A DNA stretch of 64,000 nt from an uncultured Gammaproteobacteria bacterium (GCA_964362665.1 CAYIFB010000002.1:14404-78403); one strand, 5' to 3'; counted from the stretch's first letter, positions 27,823-37,640 are shown. A program made the numbers and translations. Notes: generated by a model from the letters alone, not told the origin.

Positions 27823-28730
27823 TCGATTTCTCTGCGGTTAACCGGTTTCGTACTATTAGAGGTTGGAACGACTCCACCCATCCAGAGAAGGCCCGGTTGA
27901 TTTGCCCAATCAGGAGCCCAGGCAGGTGCATCCTGCGGCCTGACTCGCTCAAAGTAAGAGCCCAAAGTCTCAGACGTAGCTGCGTCTCCTAGTTGTTTTG
28001 GACCCCTAGAATCAACGATTAATGGCTTTTTATCCGGGCTGAGACTGCCGATAATTACAAAATGAGCAACTGTCCCTTTCGTAAGACCGTACTTAAGGCC
28101 GCGGACGATTCCGAATCCGCCTTCATCAAAGACTTTCATTTTTGCGGACTCCAAGAGTGGGTTCCATTGAGATGGGGTGACAACATGGGTATTATTCAGG
28201 CCCCAGTCAGGTGTCAGAGGAACCGCCGAGAACATACCGGTTTTTTGGCCAAAGAACTCGATTGCCCACTTCATATGATTATCCTGCATGGTGGTGTTGT
28301 TCGGTTGAATAAGGTGATTGCCTTGATGTGTTACATCCATAAGTTCATTGATGACATCGGCAATGGAAATATCCGGTACATCACCGGTTTTGAAATAAGC
28401 AAAGGTTTTTAAGACAGTGGCAATAACCGCCTCACTGCATGAGTTTGCTTTGTAACTAGCGCTTTTAAGATGTGGTAAATATTGGGGTTTAAGTCTTTTA
28501 TATTGGTTCTCATCAAACTGGGCCGTGATAATTTTATTTCCGCTTGGTCCCCGAGGTTTTGTAAAAAAATCCGGATTTGCCAGGGAAATTTGCCGTTCTT
28601 CATTGTCAGGAACTTTCCAACCTTTTATAGGTTCCATAGCTGCTATTCTGTCGGCTATGCTAGGTTCAGGTAACAACCGTAACCATGGAGCAAAAACTGC
28701 AGCGCCAAATGCTGTTGCGGCATCTTTCAA
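27819..28730 (-). CDS. hypothetical secreted protein (possible papain-fold Cys/His hydrolase)
   Basis: Signal peptide. NSCSEAV...HFVIIG spacing is suggestive only. Confidence 0.3.
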   Translation of the reverse strand: MKDAATAFGAAVFAPWLRLLPEPSIADRIAAMEPIKGWKVPDNEERQISLANPDFFTKPRGPSGNKIITAQFDENQYKRLKPQYLPHLKSASYKANSCSEAVIATVLKTFAYFKTGDVPDISIADVINELMDVTHQGNHLIQPNNTTMQDNHMKWAIEFFGQKTGMFSAVPLTPDWGLNNTHVVTPSQWNPLLESAKMKVFDEGGFGIVRGLKYGLTKGTVAHFVIIGSLSPDKKPLIVDSRGPKQLGDAATSETLGSYFERVRPQDAPAWAPDWANQPGLLWMGGVVPTSNSTKPVNRREID

Positions 28731-29157
28731 AAATTTTCTTCGAGTATAAGGTTGTCCCTCGTTTGTCAGATAGGATGATTATATCATACTATAGGTTAAT
28801 GGGTATTCTGATAAACGGGAGTGACGATGGCAGACCAAAGACCGGGAATTTGAGGCATCCTTAATTGTGTTATTTTATTTGATTAATCAAAAATCGACAC
28901 AAAGCCTTAGTGGATTGCTGCGGCGATGATAATGGATAGGCCTATGGAAATTCCGGCAATCAGGATGGCAAGGGCTTTTTGGGGATGGGCGAGAAATAAG
29001 GAAGATAATATTTAAAAACTTACAAAAATAAATAGACTATGGATTTTGCGCATTTATCATATATTAGCAATTTCGGGAAACTTATTCCATTTCGGGAATA
29101 TTGAAAGGTATTACTTTATTAATTGACAATTTATAATGATGTCGCTACAATTCCGGA

Positions 29158-29820
29158 GTGTTGGAAGTTATCAATCTGGTTTCACTGGATTTGGATGGAG
29201 TGGTCACCGCTCGCGGTTTAACTCGTCAATATAACGCTGAAAGAGATTTAAGAAATTTTGGTGCTGTCATCTTTGAAGCACCTCCTTCTGTTCCGGACCA
29301 CCCGCAAACCATTTATCCCGGAGGTTTAAAAGCAGGCGAAATTTTCTCCTTTCTAGGTCATAAGCCAAGAAGAATTACTACGGAAACGAGTGCAGTTATC
29401 GGGGAGGCTCATGCTCGGGGAGTTATATTTAATGTAAATTCTGGAAGAAAAGCAACTCCACCATGGGCTGATATGACAAATAAACTACTCGAAAGGGGCG
29501 GTATTAAACGCTTTATTAAAACCGTTTATCTTCGTCCTCCGGGCTGGGAAACGGGGGTAAGCAAAATAGCAGGAATAGAAGCTATGAGAAAGCCATATAT
29601 AGATGAAGGAAGGCCAGTAAGGCTTTTTGTCTTTGAAGATAATTTTCGAGAAGGAGCGCAGATCGCCCAGTTTTTCCCCAACGCAAAGGTGGTAATCGTG
29701 AGAGATAACAGTACGGAAAAGTTGCGAACTGCTTTTGGTAGGGATTTAGAAAATATTGTATATGCGGATAGTTTTCATGAAGGAATGCGGGAGCATGTGC
29801 TTAAAGATCTATTGAGTTAA
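29158..29820 (+). CDS. HAD-like hypothetical protein (GTG start)
   Basis: LDLDGVV matches HAD motif I. A 5' fragment of this gene is duplicated at 25.7 kb. Confidence 0.35.
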   Translation: MLEVINLVSLDLDGVVTARGLTRQYNAERDLRNFGAVIFEAPPSVPDHPQTIYPGGLKAGEIFSFLGHKPRRITTETSAVIGEAHARGVIFNVNSGRKATPPWADMTNKLLERGGIKRFIKTVYLRPPGWETGVSKIAGIEAMRKPYIDEGRPVRLFVFEDNFREGAQIAQFFPNAKVVIVRDNSTEKLRTAFGRDLENIVYADSFHEGMREHVLKDLLS

Positions 29821-29852
29821 TCACTAAACATGAAGCTATAAAAATCTTCAGC

Positions 29853-29938
29853 CCTCCTTATCTTAGCATTCGCCTTACCCTACTATTCGTAGCGCGGCTC
29901 ATGCTGCGATTATCGGCGGACACAAGAATCCGTAAATA
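29853..29938 (+). promoter_or_regulatory. second copy of the rplJ-rplL spacer structured element, upstream of radical SAM gene
   Basis: Central core is near-identical to the sense strand of 2187..2261, with a compensatory inner-stem change. Confidence 0.4.
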
Positions 29939-30127
29939 CTCACAGGTTCGTTAACGGATTCTAGTGCAGGGCCAGGTGGGAGTAAAATCTCTGAAAAGGG
30001 TTTTACCTGCCTAAAAAACTTTTTCAGCCCCAAATTAAGAAAGTTCGAACCGCAAATTGATTTTAGTATAAAGTAGGATATAATTTCCGAATCTTATTTA
30101 TTATTTCTCTTAAATTAAATTTTAAAT

Positions 30128-31531
30128 ATGACAACAACAGAATACCGAGTATCATCAAAACCATTTGAAGGTTTTGTTCCTGTTGATGTATTAAAGCCAC
30201 CCACAAAAATAGCCTTCATAGCTACAAGCGAGCTTCCGTCAGGAAAAGGTATTGGAAGAGCCTTGGGTATGGAAACATTAGCGCTTTATCTCCGACAAGT
30301 GGACGCCGGACAGACCTTAGAAATGCAGTTTTTAGATATGCAATATGCTGACATAGCCGACCCTATGGCACAGGTGAGATTGCTTTCTGAGGATTCGACC
30401 CTCGATATAGCAGCGATATCCGTCCGCTATAATACGTTTGAGCAAATGTGTCAGATTGTTGAAGTTTTTAGAACATCATCTAGATTTCAACAAACACGTA
30501 AACCATATCTGGTTGTAGGTGGAGTAATGCCTTCGTTCATGGCAAAAGAGATTATAGAAAAATTCCCCGAAATTGGACTTATATCTGGTGAAGGAGAGTT
30601 GGGTCTGAGGGAATTAGTCAGGGTGATAAGAAGTGGTGGATCACTTTACGAGGTACCAGGATTGACTTTTTATGATGCTGTAAAGAGTGAAATAGTCCAA
30701 AATCCAGCTGATAATCTTCCGCTTACTGAAATATCTGTTGGGGGCATTATCAAGGAACTTGTTCCACCATTAAGAGCAAAAGGTGGGATTGTTTGGATTT
30801 CTAGCAGTCGTGGCTGTCCGTGGGATTGCAGTTTTTGTAGTGTTGATACGTTCCGCGAAATAACAGGAGCGCGTGGTAAAACTCGCCGTGAAGAGCGACC
30901 TATTGAACATGTAATAGGGGAAATGAAAGCATTGTATCTAGAGGGTCTGCGTCATTTTGTATTTGCAGATGATGAGATGCTTGTACAGAACGCACAAGAT
31001 CTCAGACGTTGGTACGAGTTTGCTGAGGGATTTAAAAGTGTTGGTGATGATATAACTGTGCAGTGTTCTGTGAGGTCCGATGTTATCTTTAACAATAAAG
31101 ATCGAGATGGTGGAGTTGCAAGGGTAACTGCATTAACAGCGCTTTACGAAGCTGGTATGACTCATGTATATATCGGTTTTGAATCCGGATCACCTGCTCA
31201 GTTAAAAAGATATAATAAATCTGAAACTGTTGAGGATCATCTTGCGGCTATTGATAGATTAAGAAAGATCGGCATATTAGCCGGAGGAGGGTTTATAATG
31301 TTTGACCCTTTGATGAGTTTGGAAGAGATATTAGAGAATATCAGTTTTTTACGCAGAGCTGATTTAATCTCTTTGAAAAGAAAAGACTATGTGGGGGATA
31401 TTTTTGATATGCTTAGAGCTCAAAAAGAATCGATGTATGTTGAACTTCTCAAAAGTGAAGGCCTATTGAGAGAACCTATTCCAAATACCCTGTTTTATAA
31501 TTATGAATTTAAAGATCCAAGGGTAAGATGA
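30128..31531 (+). CDS. B12-binding-domain radical SAM protein
   Basis: WISSSRGCPWDCSFCSV gives a Cx3Cx2C radical SAM cluster. The N-terminal ~200 aa resemble a cobalamin-binding domain, as in class B rSAM. Confidence 0.6.
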   Translation: MTTTEYRVSSKPFEGFVPVDVLKPPTKIAFIATSELPSGKGIGRALGMETLALYLRQVDAGQTLEMQFLDMQYADIADPMAQVRLLSEDSTLDIAAISVRYNTFEQMCQIVEVFRTSSRFQQTRKPYLVVGGVMPSFMAKEIIEKFPEIGLISGEGELGLRELVRVIRSGGSLYEVPGLTFYDAVKSEIVQNPADNLPLTEISVGGIIKELVPPLRAKGGIVWISSSRGCPWDCSFCSVDTFREITGARGKTRREERPIEHVIGEMKALYLEGLRHFVFADDEMLVQNAQDLRRWYEFAEGFKSVGDDITVQCSVRSDVIFNNKDRDGGVARVTALTALYEAGMTHVYIGFESGSPAQLKRYNKSETVEDHLAAIDRLRKIGILAGGGFIMFDPLMSLEEILENISFLRRADLISLKRKDYVGDIFDMLRAQKESMYVELLKSEGLLREPIPNTLFYNYEFKDPRVR

Positions 31532-31612
31532 ATTGCCCAAACCTGTATTGGACTTGCGGCAGAGATAGATGTTTTTTTTGAAACGTTAAAAAACGCAGTC
31601 TTTGCCAAGACA

Positions 31613-31948
31613 ATGCAAGATGAAAGAAGTGCTGGAGCAAGCAATGATACAAATCTTTTAAATCATATACTTATAGATATGCGATTATTGGATTTATCTT
31701 TACTCGAAGCATTGACAAATCAAACCTTAGAACGAAAGAGTACATCACCTGAGAGAGTAGGTATGACTTTTGAAGATCTAGTATATTCCTACAGACTGGA
31801 AAGAAAAAAGTTGATAATGAAACTTGCAGATGAAATAAGATCAGGAAATGTAGAAGAAGAGGCGGGTGGGGTATTGCTCTCACGTATTCTCGAATTACCG
31901 GAGTTTCAAGAGGAACGACAAAGGGGAAATGTTCAAATTGTTATATAA
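31613..31948 (+). CDS. hypothetical protein
   Basis: 111-aa acidic ORF. Confidence 0.3.
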   Translation: MQDERSAGASNDTNLLNHILIDMRLLDLSLLEALTNQTLERKSTSPERVGMTFEDLVYSYRLERKKLIMKLADEIRSGNVEEEAGGVLLSRILELPEFQEERQRGNVQIVI

Positions 31949-32090
31949 GTTTAAGACTACGTATAGTTTGATATTCCACTTTATTCTAGATCTTTTTATA
32001 TAAAATTATAATTATTAAAAAGCTTAAAATCCTACTCTATATCCAGATAAAGTTTATACGCCATCAAAGGTGGTACCAACCTGCAGAACT

Positions 32091-32198
32091 TGCAGTGATT
32101 TATGAAAAAGTTCGAACCTATTTTCTCGCTGACTCCTAGCTCGCCCCGCCTCCGGCGGGGCTCGCATGGTCGGCGCGTCGCCCCCGCCCGACGCGCCT
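32091..32198. repeat. inverted repeat A' (108 bp, GC-rich), partner of 37732..37839
   Basis: Exact reverse-complement identity read directly from the sequence. Confidence 0.9.
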
Positions 32199-32669
32199 AA
32201 GGCATTGTCTGCGCGCGCGTTTTCTCTCTCCGCTGAGCGGATCGAGCAAGGTAGGATTATAGTAGCACAAAGCCCAGTACGTTGTGATTCCGTATCAACC
32301 CACCCACCCAAAACAAATATTGATGGCGGCGACCCCGCCTTGTGCGAGAGGGCGCCCTAGGGGGCGCCTCGCCAATGTTCAGGTAATTTATTTTCTCTTT
32401 CAGTCTCTACCGAAGTTAGTTTTGATTTAGCATGTCCTGCAGTCGGCGAGATATCCGCTTTTCGCCCCCGCCGCTCATATCGTATCCCTGTCCAGCGTTC
32501 GGTTGGCTTGCGCGCCCGCTTATGGGTACGCGCTTCGCGCGAAGATAATTATTTTAGCGCCCGGCGCGCCACGTTCGGATCGTGGATAGAGCGCGCGTAT
32601 GAACGCGCGCCTTTTAGCTAGTGCTACCCGGGGAAGCGGGGGCGGCGGAGCCGCCAAAGCTATTCTGAA

Positions 32670-33314
32670 TTAGAATTTTCTTTCAAAGTTGGTAGAAAAA
32701 GAAGAAAAAAAATTTCTGTAGATATCAGAGTTCGTCTTTGCGTGCCATAATTGTGTTAGATACTTGTGGATTCCGTTTTCAAAGCAGACTAAAAGCATAC
32801 GAGTATCAACAAGCAGTCTTTTTTTCTTTCTTTCCCATTTTAGCAAGTTTGGTAACGGTTCTATCAGGACACTATGACGTAAGAGAAATTTATGTACGAG
32901 TTGATTTCTGATTCCAAAGTAAAAAATTTCTGAATACTTAACTTTCTGTTTTTTGTAAAACCATTTCTCTCGACTTCCAATCTGTGCTGGATGGTATGGC
33001 TGTTTTATTTCTTTTTTAAATTGCTTGCTTAGATAATCTTCGAGAAATAAAGGAAAATATTTATTTGGTTCGTCTTTTGCATATCTAAATCTACTTAAAA
33101 ATTCGACCCCAACGGATACCATTACTGCTAATCCAAACATTGAACCCGCCTTTTCCTTAATGCGTTTTGTGTCTTCAATAAGCCATGGGAGTATTCTTCT
33201 ATTTTCAAACCAATAAAGTTTTTCGTTATCGGCTAGCTTAGAAAAGTCAATATCACTCCACGTTGAAGGAAAGAGGTCGATCATTACTTTTCTCTTTTTC
33301 GTTGGAGTTATCAT
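32670..33314 (-). CDS. hypothetical protein (island cargo, second gene of operon)
   Basis: 214 aa. Lies 9 nt downstream of the 343-aa gene on the same strand. Confidence 0.35.
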   Translation of the reverse strand: MITPTKKRKVMIDLFPSTWSDIDFSKLADNEKLYWFENRRILPWLIEDTKRIKEKAGSMFGLAVMVSVGVEFLSRFRYAKDEPNKYFPLFLEDYLSKQFKKEIKQPYHPAQIGSREKWFYKKQKVKYSEIFYFGIRNQLVHKFLLRHSVLIEPLPNLLKWERKKKRLLVDTRMLLVCFENGIHKYLTQLWHAKTNSDIYRNFFSSFSTNFERKF

Positions 33315-33322
33315 GGCTGTAA

Positions 33323-34354
33323 TTACTTATTAGAATTTCCGCTCACAAGTTGCAGTGGCGCTATAGTGAAAGAGGGGAATTCTTCGTCCTGTGGAAGTTC
33401 TGTTCCTGTAATGATTTTTCCAATTGCACGTCTAACATTTTGTGTATTTTGGTGGATAGCGGAATAAATTTTAAGACGGTCTTCCCAATCTCTTTTATGG
33501 CTATTTACTTCCTTAATAAGTAGATTATATGCCGCTCTAACCTTTTCCAAATTATCAACCATGTTTTTCTTGAATTCTCCAGTTTGCATATATCTCAAAA
33601 TTTCTCGTCCTTTTTGGTCTGTCTGTTCCTTGGTTAGCTTCATTCGATGGATATCAATAAGTATATTTCTTAATAGAAAAGCTAGATCCAGTAAGCCTAG
33701 TGGGTCAATGACAATAACTTCATCGTCAATAAAAAATTTAGATTTATTTTCTTTCTGTGCATGCGTTACAATAACGGCATAGTCTGCGCGTGCGACATCC
33801 TGATGACCCTTTATTTCTTTAACGAACCCATTATTATATTTTTCTGTTCTTTTGCATTCATATAAAACGCTTCCAACGTTTTCGTCGTTGAATACAACAA
33901 ATTGAATGACATCGCCCATTTTTCCAGTCGATTGGATTTTATCCGTGGGGAAAGCATCGGATAGCATTTTTTGGACCTCCTTTTCATATTCAAAGCCTGC
34001 TGTTTGAGGAGTTTTTCCTTCCTTAAGTTGTTTTTCTAGTTCTTGAATTTTTTTATTATTAGCTTGCAGTGCCTTAGTCTGATTTTGAAGCATTTTTGTC
34101 ATCCTCATCCGTTCGCTTTGTTCCTTTTTAATTCCTTTGGCTACACCCGACTCTTCTGCCAGTTTTGTCGCTTTTTTTACATCTTCTTGATATTTCTTCT
34201 TTAATTCCTCCTCCTGTTTTTTGTATTTATCAATCGCCTTTTTGGCCTCTATGATAATTTTTTGCCTTTCTTCCCATTGTCCTGTTATCCTTATCCAAGT
34301 TTCTCTTGTTAAGATGCTTTCGCATAGCGGGCATTTATAGGTTTGATTATCCAT
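33323..34354 (-). CDS. zinc-finger / coiled-coil protein with C-terminal PD-(D/E)xK-like nuclease motif
   Basis: N-terminal CPLC...C zinc knuckle, ~120 aa of Lys/Glu-rich coiled coil, then GDVIQFVVF...LYECK resembling the D...ExK nuclease core. Confidence 0.4.
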   Translation of the reverse strand: MDNQTYKCPLCESILTRETWIRITGQWEERQKIIIEAKKAIDKYKKQEEELKKKYQEDVKKATKLAEESGVAKGIKKEQSERMRMTKMLQNQTKALQANNKKIQELEKQLKEGKTPQTAGFEYEKEVQKMLSDAFPTDKIQSTGKMGDVIQFVVFNDENVGSVLYECKRTEKYNNGFVKEIKGHQDVARADYAVIVTHAQKENKSKFFIDDEVIVIDPLGLLDLAFLLRNILIDIHRMKLTKEQTDQKGREILRYMQTGEFKKNMVDNLEKVRAAYNLLIKEVNSHKRDWEDRLKIYSAIHQNTQNVRRAIGKIITGTELPQDEEFPSFTIAPLQLVSGNSNK

Positions 34355-34416
34355 ATATTTTTACTTCTTGACAATAGTCATAGAAAAGTAATAAATTAAT
34401 AATAGACCAACTGCCT

Positions 34417-35019
34417 ATGAAAGTCAATGCCGCCATGACCATAACACCGAAGCAGAAGCAGGTATTGGATTTCATCAAGAGCTTCGTCAAAAATAACGGC
34501 TATTCGCCGTCGCTCCATGAGATCGCGGGACATTTCCGAAAATCCGTCAGCACCGCTCAGCATTTCGTCGAGGAGCTGGACAATAGGGGATTTCTTCAAA
34601 AAACAGACAATGTAGCCCGTGGAATCAGCACGGCAATCCAGCAATTTGGCCGCATCTTCAAGCTCGGCGTCATCGCCGCAGGCAATCCGATAGAACCGAT
34701 TGAGAATCCGGAACCGATCGATGTGCCTTTATCTATGATAAGCAGAAAAGGAGATTACTATGCGCTTGAAGTAAGGGGGACCAGCATGATGGACGATAAT
34801 ATTCTTGACGGGGATATTATTGTTGTCCGACACCAGAAAATTGTAGAGGATGGCGATCGAGTAGTTGCGGTTACGGAAAAAGGCGCCACTCTAAAAGTTT
34901 ATCGGAATAGAAATGGTAAAGTATATCTTGAGCCTCGAAATAAGTCCTTAAGCAATATTTATCCAAAAGAGCTTGAGATTCGCGGCAAGTTTTGTGGTTT
35001 AATAAGAAAAGGAGACTAA
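34417..35019 (+). CDS. LexA-like S24 autopeptidase repressor
   Basis: N-terminal winged HTH (SPSLHEIAGHF). C-terminal ALEVRGTSMMDDNILDGDIIVV matches the S24 Ser-Lys peptidase motif GxSM...GD. Confidence 0.75.
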   Translation: MKVNAAMTITPKQKQVLDFIKSFVKNNGYSPSLHEIAGHFRKSVSTAQHFVEELDNRGFLQKTDNVARGISTAIQQFGRIFKLGVIAAGNPIEPIENPEPIDVPLSMISRKGDYYALEVRGTSMMDDNILDGDIIVVRHQKIVEDGDRVVAVTEKGATLKVYRNRNGKVYLEPRNKSLSNIYPKELEIRGKFCGLIRKGD

Positions 35020-35044
35020 ATGAATCTGCCCATCAATAAAATCA

Positions 35045-35452
35045 ATGACAGATGTATTTACAAAGAAAAAGCGGAGCCTGATAATGTCGCGGATAAGTGG
35101 AAAGCATACATTGCCGGAATTAAGAGTTAGAAAAGCACTTTACAGTATAGGTATAAGATACAGATTGCACAATAAGAAGCTTTCTGGGCATCCGGATATT
35201 GTTATTAGGAGAAAGAAAGCGGCTTTATTCGTTAATGGTTGTTTTTGGCATCAGCATAAGAATTGCAAGAGAAGTACTATACCGAAAACGAATAAAAAGT
35301 ATTGGCTGCCGAAATTAAAAAGGAATATTGAAAAGCAAGTAGAGGATTTTAGGAAATTAAGAAAAGAAGGGTGGAAGACGACAGTCGTTTGGGAATGTCA
35401 AACAAAAAATCAGATTAAGCTCGAATCAAGATTAAGAAGAATATTTGTATGA
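35045..35452 (+). CDS. vsr: very-short-patch-repair endonuclease
   Basis: KRSLIMSRI...PDIV...FVNGCFWHQH aligns with Vsr (TRSKNMRAI...PDFV...FTHGCFWHHH). Overlaps the start of the downstream m5C methyltransferase. Confidence 0.8.
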   Translation: MTDVFTKKKRSLIMSRISGKHTLPELRVRKALYSIGIRYRLHNKKLSGHPDIVIRRKKAALFVNGCFWHQHKNCKRSTIPKTNKKYWLPKLKRNIEKQVEDFRKLRKEGWKTTVVWECQTKNQIKLESRLRRIFV

Positions 35453-36555
35453 AGAAAAAAGTTTTCAGAATTGCAGAATTATTTTCAGGTCCCGGCGGCT
35501 TGGCTTTTGGTGCCGTCAATACGCACGTATCTACTTCTGATTTGGAATATACGCTTGAATCAGTTTGGTCAAATGACATTGACGCGGATGCCTGCAGAAC
35601 CTATGCCCGAAATATTCATGGCGGCGATCAATCGAAAACAATCTGCAAACCTGTTCAGGAGCTTGATTTCGAAAAGCTTCCTGCATTCGATGCTTTAGCT
35701 TTCGGATTTCCATGCAATGACTTCAGCGTTGTGGGAGAACAGAAGGGGTTCAATGGAAAATATGGACCTCTTTATTCCTACGGAGTAAAAGCAATCAACG
35801 CACATAACCCAATGCTGTTTATTGCAGAAAATGTCAGCGGACTGCAGAGCGCGAACAAAGGAGATGCGTTTGCAAAGATTTTGAGCGATTTAGAGCACGC
35901 GGGCAAGGGATATCGCTTAACAACTCATCTTTATAAATTCGAAGACTACGGTGTACCGCAATATAGACACAGGGTAGTTATTATCGGAATTCGGAGTGAT
36001 CTGAATCTAAAGTTCAACGTGCCTGCTCCTACAACTTTGCAGAAATATGTTACCGCGCGGGATGCTCTTGAAAAACCGCCTATTTCTGCAGATGCGCCAA
36101 ACAACGAATTGACGCGGCAGTCTGAGGTTGTGATTGAAAGATTGAAATACATACCGCCTGGGAAGAATGCTTGGTATGAAGGCATTCCTGAACACCTGCG
36201 GCTGAACGTAAAAAAAGCACGCATGAGTCAGATATACAAGCGTCTTGATCCTAATAAGCCCGCATACACAATTACTGGTTCAGGCGGCGGCGGCACCCAT
36301 GTCTATCATTGGAAGGAAAATAGAGCGCTGACTAATAGGGAGCGTGCGCGCCTGCAATCCTTTCCTGATAAGTTTGTTTTTGAAGGATCAAAAGAGAGCG
36401 TGCGCAAACAGATCGGCATGGCTGTTCCTCCAAAAGGAGCAAGTGCAGTAATTTCGGCTGTATTGAAAACTTTCGCCGGGTTATCTTATCCATCTGTTCC
36501 GGCAAAACTTACGAACGGGTTTCCTCCGCTCAACGGAATGCTGTTTGATTTTTAG
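35449..36555 (+). CDS. DNA (cytosine-5)-methyltransferase
   Basis: Motif I FSGPGG, motif IV PCNDFS, motif VI ENV, and a C-terminal QIGMAVPP-type motif. Confidence 0.85.
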   Translation: MKKKVFRIAELFSGPGGLAFGAVNTHVSTSDLEYTLESVWSNDIDADACRTYARNIHGGDQSKTICKPVQELDFEKLPAFDALAFGFPCNDFSVVGEQKGFNGKYGPLYSYGVKAINAHNPMLFIAENVSGLQSANKGDAFAKILSDLEHAGKGYRLTTHLYKFEDYGVPQYRHRVVIIGIRSDLNLKFNVPAPTTLQKYVTARDALEKPPISADAPNNELTRQSEVVIERLKYIPPGKNAWYEGIPEHLRLNVKKARMSQIYKRLDPNKPAYTITGSGGGGTHVYHWKENRALTNRERARLQSFPDKFVFEGSKESVRKQIGMAVPPKGASAVISAVLKTFAGLSYPSVPAKLTNGFPPLNGMLFDF

Positions 36556-37391
36556 AGGATGCTGATAAGCTTCTCCCAATCTTTCCTATTTTTCTTCAGG
36601 AGACCGGATTTTTTTACAAACCTTTTTCCGTCGAATTCCTGACCCTCAATGCTCGTTACTTCTTCCAGATCATCGGCCCAACACCATCCGGATACCTCGC
36701 AGGGAATTTCGGAAAAGTCCGGAATAACGGCGCTGTATTTGCTGAAGTGAGGCATATTTTTCACAACTGACACGATTTCCTGTTTTGCAATTCTCAACAG
36801 ATGGTCGTCAGGAATTTCCGGTCTGCAGTAAATATATATGTCCGAACGCCGAGCTGGGATATTTATTTCATTTTCACCCAAAATCAAATACGCGCTTTTT
36901 GGCTTCGATGATTTTATTCCGACGCCTTTGCGTGGCTTCTGCATTTTACCGTTTCGTACAATACCGATAATGTCCTGCGGCACGATCTCTCCGTAGATAT
37001 TAAAATCAAGTTCGACTTCTGTATTGAATTCCTTTTTGAAGAATTTTTTGACGGCTACTTCGCCAAGCTGTCCTTTAACCCAATTGGTGATTTTTTGACC
37101 GAATTCGCGTTGTCTCGCGGTACCCCAATCAGAAAGCACATATCCGCGGAAATGCTGAGCAAGAGCAAAGTCGAGACATAAGGCATAATCAGCCTTTGTT
37201 AAACTGATGGTCCGCCACGCATAGCTCTTTTTCCATTCTGCAAGGGTTTCCTCCGAAAACATGAATCTGCCGTGGGAGCCGTTTCTTTCCATGCATTTGA
37301 ACTCCTCGGCGTTTTTGAAGTAGTTGTCGAAAGCCTTCGGATCAAGGCCGGTATAGGCGATTGCGTCTTTTTTGCTTAGTATCTTGCCCAT
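36552..37391 (-). CDS. putative type II restriction endonuclease
   Basis: Convergent with and overlapping the methyltransferase. Immediately downstream of a C-protein gene. No recognised family. Confidence 0.45.
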   Translation of the reverse strand: MGKILSKKDAIAYTGLDPKAFDNYFKNAEEFKCMERNGSHGRFMFSEETLAEWKKSYAWRTISLTKADYALCLDFALAQHFRGYVLSDWGTARQREFGQKITNWVKGQLGEVAVKKFFKKEFNTEVELDFNIYGEIVPQDIIGIVRNGKMQKPRKGVGIKSSKPKSAYLILGENEINIPARRSDIYIYCRPEIPDDHLLRIAKQEIVSVVKNMPHFSKYSAVIPDFSEIPCEVSGWCWADDLEEVTSIEGQEFDGKRFVKKSGLLKKNRKDWEKLISIL

Positions 37392-37392
37392 A

Positions 37393-37614
37393 TTATTTGA
37401 TAAAGTATTCGATATTCTTTCTGTAGATTTCTGCGATTTGTTTCAGTTGGACAAGATCGATTCTTCGTTGTCCAGATTCCATTTTTGAAATATATGACTG
37501 CGACTTATTCAGCAGTTTTGCCGCAGTTTTCTGATCGAGCTTGGCAGAGAGCCGGGCAGATTTCAGCTTTTCGATAAGATTTTTATGCTCTTTTGTATAG
37601 ATGTCTTTTGACAT
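37393..37614 (-). CDS. XRE-family HTH controller (C) protein
   Basis: 73 aa. QKTAAKLLNKSQSYISKMESGQRRI is an HTH_XRE motif. Its stop abuts the restriction enzyme start. Confidence 0.6.
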   Translation of the reverse strand: MSKDIYTKEHKNLIEKLKSARLSAKLDQKTAAKLLNKSQSYISKMESGQRRIDLVQLKQIAEIYRKNIEYFIK

Positions 37615-37640
37615 AAGCTGATTTGACTTATTGTATGATA

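Noticed and set aside
28895-28995. Minus-strand hydrophobic peptide '...LAHPQKALAILIAGISIGLSIIIAAAIH'
   Set aside because: There is no in-frame ATG/GTG start before an upstream stop. It is possibly a gene remnant, so I have not called it.
32054-32360. ORFs 32054..32311 (-) and 32166..32360 (+), and likewise 37763..38005 (+), 37791..38054 (-), 39189..39539 (-) and the first 87 codons of ORF 37722..39503
   Set aside because: All lie inside the GC-rich inverted repeats A/B, where high GC suppresses stop codons. They share peptide strings only because the DNA is repeated. The recombinase start is better placed at 37983 (MKYIAYCRRS), where homology begins.
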